Source of the DNA: Candidatus Bathyarchaeota archaeon
Lineage (GTDB): Archaea > Thermoproteota > Bathyarchaeia > Bathyarchaeales > DTEX01
DNA length: 61,770 nt
Assembly: GCA_003601835.1 (NCBI GenBank)
Contig: PIYB01000014.1
Coordinates: 1-61,770, forward strand
Direction: 5' to 3'
Shown here: piece by piece, positions 9,707 to 18,694 of the stretch
Layout: every line of letters begins with the position of its first letter
Position numbering within the stretch: position 1 is the stretch's first letter
Notes under the pieces: generated by a model
The model's database searches: none
What the model saw: only the letters and a program-made list of their open reading frames with translations
What the model was told of the DNA's origin: nothing
Program-made: the position numbers and the translations under genes

Positions 9707-10297
9707 ATGAAAGATGTGTTAGTCATGAATGAAACGAGACAAAGCGGACAGTTTGTTGTACCCGGTCAGAAACTCGGCATTATCGAAGAGTTCATCCCGA
9801 ACTCCGGAACATTCGTCGAGAACGGGGTTATCCGCTCGAAAAACGTGGGATACATGCTTATGGATTTTGCTAACAAAAAGGTTTCAGTGTATCCCGCAGC
9901 GCGTAACCTCAATGTTCCAAGGGTAGGAAGCATAATCGTGGGAAACACAACCGGGGTGCAGAGCTCGTTAGCCATTATCCGCATAAAAAAAGTAGGGAGC
10001 AAAATCATATCCGGATACTTCACAGGCGTGATTCACATATCTGATGTAAGCTTCAGATATACAGACAGCATGTTTGAATCCTTCAAGCTTGGAGATCTTG
10101 TCCGCGCCAAGGTTATTAGCGACAAGAACCACACATATCACCTGTCAACCAAAGGAGAGAAACTAGGCGTGGTTCTTGCCTACTGTTCACAGTGTGGAAA
10201 TGTTCTGTCGCTGAAAGGCAGAGGGTTAAGATGCGAAGCCTGTGGCAATGTCGAAAGACGAAAAATCGCTTCTGACTATGGAGAAGGAACGCTGTGA
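9707..10297 (+). CDS. csl4: exosome complex RNA-binding subunit Csl4
   Basis: 196 aa. N-terminal domain, S1-like core (GDLVRAKVIS), and a C-terminal zinc ribbon CSQCGNVLSLKGRGLRCEACGN. Confidence 0.8.
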   Translation: MKDVLVMNETRQSGQFVVPGQKLGIIEEFIPNSGTFVENGVIRSKNVGYMLMDFANKKVSVYPAARNLNVPRVGSIIVGNTTGVQSSLAIIRIKKVGSKIISGYFTGVIHISDVSFRYTDSMFESFKLGDLVRAKVISDKNHTYHLSTKGEKLGVVLAYCSQCGNVLSLKGRGLRCEACGNVERRKIASDYGEGTL

Positions 10298-10311
10298 ACG
10301 AAGGGAGAAAA

Positions 10312-10602
10312 ATGCAGTTAAAAGTCCTCAAAAAAACGTCTCAGGAGCTGAAGTTTGAAGTCGAGGGTGAAGGGCACACATTCTGGAACCTTTTGGAATC
10401 TGTCCTCTTGGAGGATGACAAAGTTGAGTTCGCCAGCTACAATGTGCCGCACCCGCTTATATCTAACATTATTGTCTCGATTCGAACGAAGGAAGGAAAG
10501 AAACCTGAAGAAGCGCTACAAGAAGCCGTAGATAAAGCTCTTCAACGAGGCGAAGAGCTCAACGAAGCGTTCATTCGCGCTTTGGAAGAGTTAAACAAGT
10601 AA
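10312..10602 (+). CDS. rpoL: DNA-directed RNA polymerase subunit L (Rpo11)
   Basis: MQLKVLKKTSQELKFEVEGEGHTFWNLLES...ASYNVPHPL is the RpoL signature. ATG 10312 is preceded by AGGGAG. The track's GTG at 10294 overlaps the csl4 stop. Confidence 0.8.
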   Translation: MQLKVLKKTSQELKFEVEGEGHTFWNLLESVLLEDDKVEFASYNVPHPLISNIIVSIRTKEGKKPEEALQEAVDKALQRGEELNEAFIRALEELNK

Positions 10603-10628
10603 AGGCTGAGAATCTTCGCAGAATTTTT

Positions 10629-10937
10629 TTAACCGATCTTCAACCCTATGGCTGTGCCTGCCAAGAAGCTTCCAGCGAAAGGCAAGTTTGCCATTATGGG
10701 CGTCAGCATACTCGTAGCCTGGCCAGCTGTGCCCGTTAAGCTTTGAAGCATCTGAGTTAGCTTGTCATAGTTTATGCTGATTACACCTTCGTAGCCTAGG
10801 TATATCATCAAGAGCGCGATGAGCCCAGCGATCACCGCTATTAGCTTCGTAAGTTTCTTTATGGCATAACCTACGAAAAAGCCTATGACCCCTCCGACTC
10901 CAAGCTGGTAGACAAGCGGAGTTAACGCTTCGCTCAT
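10629..10937 (-). CDS. small membrane protein, FUN14-like
   Basis: 102 aa with three predicted hydrophobic helices: GVGGVIGFFVGYAI, LIAVIAGLIALLMIYL, LPFAGSFLAGTAIGL. Confidence 0.45.
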   Translation of the reverse strand: MSEALTPLVYQLGVGGVIGFFVGYAIKKLTKLIAVIAGLIALLMIYLGYEGVISINYDKLTQMLQSLTGTAGQATSMLTPIMANLPFAGSFLAGTAIGLKIG

Positions 10938-11015
10938 GAATCTGTTCCCCCTTTTAGCGCTATCTTATTCGGAATGGCATTCATATCTTTGCTGATGCTG
11001 CTTTTAAAGATTCTT

Positions 11016-11423
11016 TCAGGTCAGATTCAACCGTTCCAAGATGCTCTGCAAAAGCATACTGAAGGCTTCTTCAGGGGTTCGCCCTTTTTCCATCAACAAA
11101 ACAGCCTCCTCCAGCGAAATGACGCTGTTCAGCCAAGCATACGCAATCAACGCCTCCGCAGCGTCAGCCTGCTTATGCCGATCTGTCCTTGAAGGCAACG
11201 ATCCCCGTAACCTTGCTTTTCTCAGAGCTGAGGCAAGCATGGTGCTGCTTGCTTTTTTGCCTACGGGTTTTCCTTTTTTTATGGAAAGATAAAGAGACCA
11301 GATAAGGTTGACGTATGCATCTCCCAAAGCTGCAAGTTCATGATCTGAAAGAACCTCCGCGAGACTTCGGTGTTTCGGCGCGAATCGAAACATCTTCTTT
11401 CTTGAATTCGTTTGATTTGGCAT
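11016..11423 (-). CDS. stand-alone RNase III-like domain protein (Mini-III-like, no dsRBD)
   Basis: HELAALGDAYVN matches the RNase III signature (E..LGDA). ADAAEALIAYAWL matches the second catalytic D..EA motif. Start set at ATG 11423, which has a TTAAAT box about 27 nt upstream. The longer track ORF (to 11543) would abut the divergent Sua5 start. Confidence 0.5.
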   Translation of the reverse strand: MPNQTNSRKKMFRFAPKHRSLAEVLSDHELAALGDAYVNLIWSLYLSIKKGKPVGKKASSTMLASALRKARLRGSLPSRTDRHKQADAAEALIAYAWLNSVISLEEAVLLMEKGRTPEEAFSMLLQSILERLNLT

Positions 11424-11545
11424 CGAATGAACATCCCGTCGGAAAGATTTAAGCCATGATAGATGATTAAAGGTTTTTCGCTGCGAAAGTTTACAGAGGA
11501 GCCCGCTCGGTTCAGCCGAGAACGCAGAAGCTTGACTCGTCACGT

Positions 11546-12631
11546 TTGTTGATAAGAAGGCGACGAACCTTGAAACGAACCATCGTGTTAAAGGTGAATC
11601 CTGAGAAACCAGAAGCTGAAAAAATCCGCGTAGCTGCTAAGATAATCCGCCGAGGGGGCCTCGTAGCTTTCCCAACTGAAACCGTGTACGGGCTTGGAGC
11701 AGACGCATTAAACCCGGAAGCTGTCACCCAAATATATCTAGCTAAGAAGCGGCCTTTAGACAATCCTATCATAGTTCACGTAGCCAGCGAGAACGATGTT
11801 TACAGGTTAGCGGAAAACGTCCCGGAGAAGGCTCGAAGGCTTATGAGCGTCTTTTGGCCTGGACCGTTAACGCTTGTCCTTAAAGCTAAGGACATCGTGC
11901 CGAAAGCGACAACAGGCGGGCTGGACACTGTAGCCGTAAGAATGCCGAATCTTAGGGTTGCATTGGCGTTGATCAAAGAATCGAGGGTGCCAATCGCTGC
12001 ACCGAGCGCAAATCTTTCAGGAAAACCCAGCCCAACCACTGCGGAACACGTGAAGCAGGACTTGTATGGCCGAATAGACCTGATTCTTGACGCAGGCCCA
12101 ACCGAAGTAGGGGTTGAATCAACGGTTCTCGACTTGACAATGGATCCTCCTCAAATTTTGAGGCCTGGAGGAGTATCTTATGAAGCGTTAAGCGAAGTGT
12201 TAGGGCGGGTTGAGCTGCATCCCACGGTTGTGGCTGACAGGGAAATCAGTTTGGTTCACGCTCGTTCTCCAGGCATGAAACATAAGCATTATGCGCCTAA
12301 GGCTAAGGTTATTGTTGTCGAAGGGGAACCAGAGGCGGTCCGCAGGAAGGTTCAGGAACTTGCAGAAGAACATCGTAAGAACGGCAGGTCAGTCGGCGTT
12401 CTGGCGACGGATGAAAACAAAAGATTCTACAAGGCGAATGTGATAAAGTCGCTTGGAGCCAGAAGAGATCTGTCATCTGCAGCGAGGAACCTGTTCAAGA
12501 TGCTGAGAGAGTTTGATGAGGAAAAAGTTGACATCATCATAGCGGAGTCTGTGCCCATCGAGGGTTTAGGCTTAGCTGTGATGAACAGGCTTAGGAAAGC
12601 CTCGGGCTTCAACATAGTAAAGGCTGATTAG
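11546..12631 (+). CDS. sua5: L-threonylcarbamoyladenylate synthase Sua5 (YrdC plus Sua5 domains)
   Basis: 361 aa. GGLVAFPTETVYGLGADA, APSANLSGKPSPT, and a C-terminal Sua5 domain. TTG start. Confidence 0.85.
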   Translation: MLIRRRRTLKRTIVLKVNPEKPEAEKIRVAAKIIRRGGLVAFPTETVYGLGADALNPEAVTQIYLAKKRPLDNPIIVHVASENDVYRLAENVPEKARRLMSVFWPGPLTLVLKAKDIVPKATTGGLDTVAVRMPNLRVALALIKESRVPIAAPSANLSGKPSPTTAEHVKQDLYGRIDLILDAGPTEVGVESTVLDLTMDPPQILRPGGVSYEALSEVLGRVELHPTVVADREISLVHARSPGMKHKHYAPKAKVIVVEGEPEAVRRKVQELAEEHRKNGRSVGVLATDENKRFYKANVIKSLGARRDLSSAARNLFKMLREFDEEKVDIIIAESVPIEGLGLAVMNRLRKASGFNIVKAD

Positions 12632-12648
12632 ACAAAAAATGCCGGGGG

Positions 12649-13614
12649 TTACTCGTCGTCGTCTTGGTCTATGTCTTCCACGCCTTTCTCGGAGATTAGA
12701 AAACGAGCGGGAACCTCGGGAAGGCATGGGCTGTCGATGACTCTTGCTATTCTTGTGCCTTTGCTTCCTTTACGGAGGAAAACCCTATGTGTGCAGGCGT
12801 GAGCCATAATGTTTCCTCCAGCTGGTCTGTTGGGGTCTCCGAAGAACGCTGTTGGGTTTGCTTGAACCTGGTTAGTCACGACGACAGCTACGTTGTAGGC
12901 TTCTGAAAGCCGGACAAGCTTGTGCAGGTATTGGTTCAGCTTCTGTTGCCGTTCTGAAAGGTTTTCTCGTCCAACATATTCTCCTCTGAAGTGACTGATC
13001 ATGCTGTCAACGATGATAAGTTTGATGTTGTTTTCAGGGACCATGGTGAAAAGCCTGTCAATCAACAGGCATTGGTGGCTGCTGTTGTAGGCTCTTGCGA
13101 CAAATATGTTGTTGGCGACGGTTTGGGGATCCAACCCGTTTGCTTGAGCGATCTGGTAGACTCTTTCAGGCATGAAGGTGCCTTCAGTATCGATGAAGGC
13201 AACGTTTCCTTCTAAGCCTCCTTTTTCGTAAGGAAGCTGCGCTGTGACGGAAAGCATCAGGCATATTTGGGTTTTCCCTGAGCCGTATTCGCCTATGAAC
13301 TCGGTTAAAGCTTGGGTTTCGATGCCTCCGCCGAGGATTTCGTCAAGCTTCTTGCTTCCGGTTGTACACTTTTTCATTGTCTGCCTTTTCTCGTAGAATT
13401 CTTGGGCTGTTTTGAAATCGGTGGCAATCATCTGTCTAGCGGCTTCTTGGATTTTCAGTATGGTGTTGAAGCCGATGTTTGTTTTTTCCATGAGCTCACG
13501 TGGAGGGGTAACGGCGATCGCCTCGATGGTTGTGTAGCCTGAAGCTCTAAGTTTTGACGCGGTTGTTGAGCCTACTCCGTTTAAGGATTCAAGGTCACCC
13601 GACATTTTAATCAT
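12649..13614 (-). CDS. radA: DNA repair and recombination protein RadA
   Basis: N-terminal HhH (LNGVGSTTASKL), Walker A GEYGSGKTQ, Walker B LIIVDS. Start is ATG 13614 or 13605; the track start at 13626 is less likely. Confidence 0.9.
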   Translation of the reverse strand: MIKMSGDLESLNGVGSTTASKLRASGYTTIEAIAVTPPRELMEKTNIGFNTILKIQEAARQMIATDFKTAQEFYEKRQTMKKCTTGSKKLDEILGGGIETQALTEFIGEYGSGKTQICLMLSVTAQLPYEKGGLEGNVAFIDTEGTFMPERVYQIAQANGLDPQTVANNIFVARAYNSSHQCLLIDRLFTMVPENNIKLIIVDSMISHFRGEYVGRENLSERQQKLNQYLHKLVRLSEAYNVAVVVTNQVQANPTAFFGDPNRPAGGNIMAHACTHRVFLRKGSKGTRIARVIDSPCLPEVPARFLISEKGVEDIDQDDDE

Positions 13615-13828
13615 ACATCCATTCAATATCTTTGGACGAGATTTCCTCCCAACATTTGCGGCATATTGGGAGGCGGTTACCTTTGAACACGATGTAAAGA
13701 GCTATGTCTGTGTTTGAGCATTTGCCGTTCCACGGATTCATGCAGGTCTCGGAATCCCGCATTTGGGTGTCTGGAACATCAAGGTTAAATTCATCTGTAC
13801 TTCGCGGGAGTCGGCTTCTCTTTCTCAT
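13607..13828 (-). CDS. small Cys-rich (zinc-ribbon-like) hypothetical protein coupled to radA
   Basis: 73 aa with C-x8-C and C-x2-C (CMNPWNGKC ... CRKC). Its TAA lies inside ATGATTAAAATG, which holds both candidate radA start codons. Confidence 0.35.
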   Translation of the reverse strand: MRKRSRLPRSTDEFNLDVPDTQMRDSETCMNPWNGKCSNTDIALYIVFKGNRLPICRKCWEEISSKDIEWMYD

Positions 13829-13876
13829 TGATTTCCCTCTCTCGTCCGATTAGAACTCTGCCGTATCCTATTTAAG

Positions 13877-13906
13877 GAATCAGTGAAAACAAGGGGAGGG
13901 GGGGGA
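13877..13906 (+). promoter_or_regulatory. ORB-like (origin recognition box) element with G-string
   Basis: GGAATCAGTGAAAACAAGGGGAGGGGGGGG contains a CAGTG-AAA core followed by a G-run, resembling archaeal ORB/mini-ORB boxes. Only one copy was found by eye. Confidence 0.3.
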
Positions 13907-13942
13907 TCTCAGCTTTTATTAGAAGGCAACTAGCCTTCAGGT

Positions 13943-14245
13943 TCAGGTTTTGAAGTATTTCAGTTTTTGCAGGAACTGATGTATCTGTGTGACGAGCTTG
14001 TTTTCAAGGTTGATCTGGTAAGTTTTCGGTGTAAAGGGGTATTCTTTAACCCATCCAAGTTCAATAAGAGTCTTTAATTGGCTTTCCACGGAAGGCGTCC
14101 GCAAGCCTGTGGCTTTCACTAACGCGTATTTTGTAAACGCTTCTTCGGGATTCAGAGCTAGGTGTAGTATGACGCGGAACTTGCTTCCGCTTCCGAGTCC
14201 GAGCTCCAGTTCTTTCCAAATTGTCCGTTCTCTAGGGTTCGTCAA
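13943..14245 (-). CDS. winged-helix (ArsR-like) DNA-binding protein, co-transcribed with orc1/cdc6
   Basis: 100 aa. FRVILHLALNPEEAFTKYALVKATGLRTPSVESQLKTLIELGWV is a wHTH pattern. Overlaps the orc1 3' end by 14 nt. Confidence 0.55.
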   Translation of the reverse strand: MTNPRERTIWKELELGLGSGSKFRVILHLALNPEEAFTKYALVKATGLRTPSVESQLKTLIELGWVKEYPFTPKTYQINLENKLVTQIHQFLQKLKYFKT

Positions 14246-15422
14246 CTTTTTGTCTCAGCCTTTGTGTGAGGTTGTTAAGAAAATTCTCTAAATCCAGCGC
14301 AGAGGCTCCGGAGATTCCGAGTTCCGTTAAGGATTTCATGTCTATTATGCCGCGGTAAACTAGGTCTTGCACGTATTCTTCAAACTTTTCAACTGGCTTA
14401 ACGTTGAATTCTTCACAGACAAGTTCGTAGCTTTCTCGGCAGTCCCGCAGTCCTACGTAGGCTGAGTTGTTGGCTCGAAGACTTCTTGCTAGAGCCAGCA
14501 AAACTAGTCGAGCGTTTTCGTCGAGGTTGATTATGTCCTCAGAGGTTATTGTTGGAGTTGTCCCGCCGTAAACCTTTCTCACATGATCCGGTAACACTCT
14601 GTTAAACCCTTGGTTTTCAGCTAGGTTCCCCGCGTAGTACAAAAGGTCTAGCCCTACACGTATGTCCCCGTTTACCGGAGGGTTAGCTGTTATGTCGCTT
14701 ACTAGGTCCAACACGTCTTCGTCCACTGCGCCGGGTTGAAAAGATTCTTCGACGCGGTCTTCCAGTATTTCCCTGATTTGGCTACTAGTGTAGCGGGGGA
14801 ACTTTATGACGCCCATGCCGAGAGTAGACCGTTCTCCCGGTTCAAGTTGTTCATGCCACTTCAGGGATCTTGCGATGAAGATTTCTCCGATTATGGAGGA
14901 TGGTTCTCCCGGATGTATCTCTGTGGTTCGTGTAAGGTCGTAGATGATGTGTTCCTTTGGGTTTGTCTGTGTGAAATAGTCTATCTCGTCGAAGGTGATG
15001 AGGAGAAACGTGTCTTCAGCTTTCAAGTATTCAACTAACTGTCGCATCATTTCTTCTGGGCTTAGGCTTCTTGTTGAAATCTTCGGGGTTACCTTTCGGA
15101 CGAGGTTGCCGAAAAGAACGTAACGGGTTGCACCATCCACTTTACAGTTAACATACACATGTTTTAGGTTGACGCCTTCTTTCTTCGCCTGTTCGGTTAG
15201 CTGCTCGCCGAACCTTATGGTTGTACATGTCTTGCCGGTTCCCGTGTCTCCAACGATCTGGGTGAACCGTGGATACACGTTTCCTATGTCCTTGATCATG
15301 CTGCCGTAGATGGAATGAAGAAGACTTATCTGATGTTCTCTGTGAGGAAGCCGCCTCGGGATGTAATGCGGCGAAAGCTTATTCCGATCCTTGAAGATCA
15401 AACCGTCAGGCAAAGAGACCAA
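14232..15422 (-). CDS. orc1: Orc1/Cdc6 replication initiator (AAA+ plus C-terminal winged helix)
   Basis: 396 aa. LSPHYIPRRLPHREHQI N-terminal motif, Walker A GDTGTGKTC, Walker B LITFDEID. TTG start, with TTTTTATAGG about 45 nt upstream on the minus strand. Confidence 0.9.
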   Translation of the reverse strand: MVSLPDGLIFKDRNKLSPHYIPRRLPHREHQISLLHSIYGSMIKDIGNVYPRFTQIVGDTGTGKTCTTIRFGEQLTEQAKKEGVNLKHVYVNCKVDGATRYVLFGNLVRKVTPKISTRSLSPEEMMRQLVEYLKAEDTFLLITFDEIDYFTQTNPKEHIIYDLTRTTEIHPGEPSSIIGEIFIARSLKWHEQLEPGERSTLGMGVIKFPRYTSSQIREILEDRVEESFQPGAVDEDVLDLVSDITANPPVNGDIRVGLDLLYYAGNLAENQGFNRVLPDHVRKVYGGTTPTITSEDIINLDENARLVLLALARSLRANNSAYVGLRDCRESYELVCEEFNVKPVEKFEEYVQDLVYRGIIDMKSLTELGISGASALDLENFLNNLTQRLRQKVDEP

Positions 15423-15666
15423 CCTAACCAGTTAAATAATAGGGGTTCCCAAACCTATAAAAATAACAGCAATACGAGAAAAACGTTTTACAACAAGCTT
15501 TGACTTTCGACTGTGAAAGCAGCATTCTTGAGTTTTTATTGTGCGACCTGGTACATGCGGCGAATCTGGTGGTCTCCCTATTTGAAGGAAGAAAAATGAA
15601 TACCTTGTTTTCGCGGTGCAATGGCTTCCTTGCTTGTTTTTGGTATGGTTTTCAAGCGGAAGGCAG

Positions 15667-16419
15667 TTAGGAAAGATTCTCGAGAGGTTTAACGTTGACG
15701 GCTTTTGGGATCGTTAACGGTTTCGGTCTTTCAACTGGTGCTGCCCATCGGACGGCGTTTTCTATAACCTTAAGGACCGTAGGGTTGTGGTAAATCGGAA
15801 AAGTTTCATGCCCCGGTCTGAAGTAGAAAATCTTTCCTTTTCCCCTGTAGAAGCAGCATCCGCTTCTGAACACTTCTCCTCCTTGGAACCAGCTTACGAA
15901 CACGAGCTCGTCGGGCGCAGGTATGTCGAAGAATTCGCCGTACATTTCAGTGTGTTCAATCTCGAAGTAGTCACCGATCCCTTCTGCAATTGGGTGCCCT
16001 GGCGATACTACCCAGAGGCGTTCCTTTTCAGCGGCTTCCCTCCATCTTAGGCTGCAGCTGGTGCCGAGTAGCCGTCTGAAGATTTTGGAGTAATGCGCCG
16101 AGTGGAGAACGATAAGCCCCACGCCTCCGCCGGTTACTCGGTGGTACACCTTTTCAACCACAGCGTCTTCTACTTTGTCATGAGCCATGTGCCCCCACCA
16201 GATAAGCACATCAGTGTTGTCCAGAACATCATCGGTTAAGCCGTGTTCAGGCTGTTCCAGCGTAGCTGTTCGGGTTTTGATACCTGGCTGGCTTCGCAAG
16301 TATTCTGCTATTGCCCCGTGAATCCCATCTGGATATATCCGAGCGATCTCAGGGTGCTTTTTCTCATGAAGAAACTCGTTCCAAACCGTAACTTGAATCG
16401 GGCGATTCATGTCTTTCAC
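15667..16419 (-). CDS. ThuA domain-containing protein (trehalose-utilisation family)
   Basis: 250 aa. Near-canonical ThuA blocks: [62 protein letters not shown]. Confidence 0.8.
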   Translation of the reverse strand: MKDMNRPIQVTVWNEFLHEKKHPEIARIYPDGIHGAIAEYLRSQPGIKTRTATLEQPEHGLTDDVLDNTDVLIWWGHMAHDKVEDAVVEKVYHRVTGGGVGLIVLHSAHYSKIFRRLLGTSCSLRWREAAEKERLWVVSPGHPIAEGIGDYFEIEHTEMYGEFFDIPAPDELVFVSWFQGGEVFRSGCCFYRGKGKIFYFRPGHETFPIYHNPTVLKVIENAVRWAAPVERPKPLTIPKAVNVKPLENLS

Positions 16420-16680
16420 TTAGAACCAATCATGGTTAACTAGGAAATAACGCTTTCGCGGCATCCTCTTTAACCGCTAAATCACGATGTATGCCCAGTC
16501 TATGTGCTCGCATCTCGGGCTTAAAAATTCTATTCTTTTAAGTCAATAGGCAACTCTTAAATAACGCTTTGGCCTTCCCCCGCCTGTACACAACAATACA
16601 TAGGACTGTACACAAAACGTCAATAATGCGGAAAACCTTAATCTAGGACCTCTTCATGAAAATAAGTTATGTAGCCTAAA

Positions 16681-16755
16681 GGGCCGGTAGTTCAGCTTGG
16701 CATGAACGCCTGACTTGCACTCAGGAGGTCGGGGGTTCAAATCCCCCCCGGTCCA
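16681..16755 (+). tRNA. tRNA-Ala (anticodon UGC)
   Basis: Hand-folded cloverleaf. Acceptor GGGCCGG/CCGGTCC has the G3:U70 alanine identity pair. Anticodon stem CCTGA/TCAGG, loop CTTGCAC. T arm GGGGG-TTCAAAT-CCCCC. Discriminator A. CCA is not encoded. Confidence 0.9.
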
Positions 16756-17093
16756 GATCCACCACATTTTTTGTCCATAAAGGATTTATATGATCCATAT
16801 TCTCAACTCGGTGAATTATGCTTATTCTGGCCACAGCGACAACAGTCTTCTGCACACTGCCCTTAACAGAAACCTTCTCAAAGAAACCTTTTAGCCAACG
16901 CTTGCTGCGGATGCTGAAGAGATCAGAGAAGCTATGGTTCGTCTCGTGCTTGCCGAGGGTGCCTGGACGCGGAGCCATAGTGCCCCAGGGTGTGGGCGTA
17001 TAGGCGCGTGCACTCAAAATAGGTGAGAGAATGAATGAGTTGGGGAGGTGATTTGAGAGCGGCTTGGTGTTTGGTTAGGGTAATCTTTATATG

Positions 17094-18335
17094 CTACTTT
17101 CTCATAGGCGCGTCGTTAACATGGATTCTTCCTTTTACTGCTACTATTTCTCCGTTCAGTAGAACCATATCGACTCTCTCTAAGGCAGCTATATCCTCTA
17201 CAGGATTACCATCAACAATTATTATATCAGCATCCTTTCCAGGTTCTATTGTACCGATCTTATTGGCTAGACCCATAGCCTCAGCAGGGATCTTTGTTGC
17301 CATCGTGATTGCTTCAAGAGGTTCTATGTTTCCGCTTTCGACAAACGATTTTAAATCTGTCACGAACCTTGACGCGTCGTTACCTATGCCGTCGCTGGAT
17401 AAGTAGACTTTAACCCCCTGACTTTTCATCAGAAGAGCAAGATCCCAACGACTACTTTCTTTTAGTTCAGATCCTTTCCTAGCATAGTTGACCTGCGGTT
17501 TTGTGACCCCTGCAATAGGCCCAACGTCCAAGTATAGACCTTTACTTGCAGCTAATCTGGCTATAGACTCGTCATATTCGATGCCTTCGTCCTCTCCCAA
17601 CCAGTTACAGTGGACTAAAACATCTACCCCCGCCTTCACCGCATTCTTGATGCCCTCCGTTCCGTTAAGATGAGCCACAACACGTTTCTTCAGTCTATGA
17701 GCTTCCTCGACGGCTATTGTTAGTTCAGATATACTGTATTGAGCTCTTCTACGGTTGGATATCGGGGTCATAGATCCGCCTGTTGCCATAATCTTTATGA
17801 AATCTACTCCATTTTCTACTAGCCATCGAATAGACTTTCGTAGTTCGTCTGCATTGTCGGCTCGGATTCCAACGAAGTAGAGATGTCCAGAAGTAGTGGT
17901 TATTGGCGCGCCTGCTACCACCAGTTTCGGTCCTACAAGAAATTTCTTTCTTATCGCTTCTCTTAACCACAAAGTGGTCAGATCTATGCCGCCGCAGTCT
18001 TGCATAGTAGTTATGCCTTTTGCAAGGGCCTTTTGAGCATTACCAGCTGCATATGAGAAAATCAACTCTGGGACTTTCTTTATTTCATTCCAAATAGGGT
18101 CATTAAGGCTTCCTAGTGCCAAATGAACGTGACCGTCTACTAAGCCGGGCATAATCGTTTTATCCGATGCGTTGATCTCCAGCACATGCGCGTGCTCTTT
18201 TGGTAATGTCACATCTTTAGCTGATCCGGCTGCTTTTATCTTTCCATTCTCTATCACCACTACAGCGTCATCTTGTGGCTTTAGCCCTGTGCCATCGATC
18301 AGATAGCCTCCCCTGATAATCTTAATCATATCCAA
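17094..18335 (-). CDS. amidohydrolase family metallo-dependent hydrolase
   Basis: 413 aa. PGLVDGHVHL metal-binding motif, a later HLNG / VLVHCNW histidines, and a C-terminal GKDADIIIVDGNP motif. Confidence 0.8.
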   Translation of the reverse strand: MDMIKIIRGGYLIDGTGLKPQDDAVVVIENGKIKAAGSAKDVTLPKEHAHVLEINASDKTIMPGLVDGHVHLALGSLNDPIWNEIKKVPELIFSYAAGNAQKALAKGITTMQDCGGIDLTTLWLREAIRKKFLVGPKLVVAGAPITTTSGHLYFVGIRADNADELRKSIRWLVENGVDFIKIMATGGSMTPISNRRRAQYSISELTIAVEEAHRLKKRVVAHLNGTEGIKNAVKAGVDVLVHCNWLGEDEGIEYDESIARLAASKGLYLDVGPIAGVTKPQVNYARKGSELKESSRWDLALLMKSQGVKVYLSSDGIGNDASRFVTDLKSFVESGNIEPLEAITMATKIPAEAMGLANKIGTIEPGKDADIIIVDGNPVEDIAALERVDMVLLNGEIVAVKGRIHVNDAPMRK

Positions 18336-18694
18336 CGCCTTTAGACCTTGACTTTTCGGTTTAAAGCGCGCGCACTTAAATCTTTTGGTTCTCTAGCGCT
18401 ATAACAACCAGCTCAAGCAAGGGGAATATCTCGACGTAATTCAATGAATTCATAAGTTATCTTTAAAAAGCTTTATGTTGAAGCGTATGGAGCCTTATCG
18501 TGGTGAGAATTCTAGACTGAAGAGGAGAAAGCTTACTAAATTGCGTATGAGAGCTTCGCGATGGTCTTTGCACGACGAGAAAAGTTAGCTTGCCCGCATA
18601 CATCCTTCACAGCTACCACCGCGCTGTCAATCGAGGTTAAAGAACCTAAACATTTTTAAAACATACCTTCTAATATTAGCGAAGGTGTCCCTAT

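Noticed and set aside
15423-15666. Replication origin directly upstream of orc1.
   Set aside because: The region is only moderately AT-rich and has no repeated ORB-like boxes. ACTGTGAAAGC is a poor single match without a G-string. It is probably just the orc1 promoter and the ThuA terminator.
16721-17017. 98-aa ORF overlapping the 3' half of tRNA-Ala on the opposite strand.
   Set aside because: It starts inside the tRNA T arm and has no family resemblance. The tRNA fold is unambiguous.
18476-18589. 37-codon basic ORF (MLKRMEPYRGENSRLKRRKL...) in the amidohydrolase/ROK intergenic region.
   Set aside because: It has no start context, no motif, and sits in a divergent promoter region. The evidence is insufficient.
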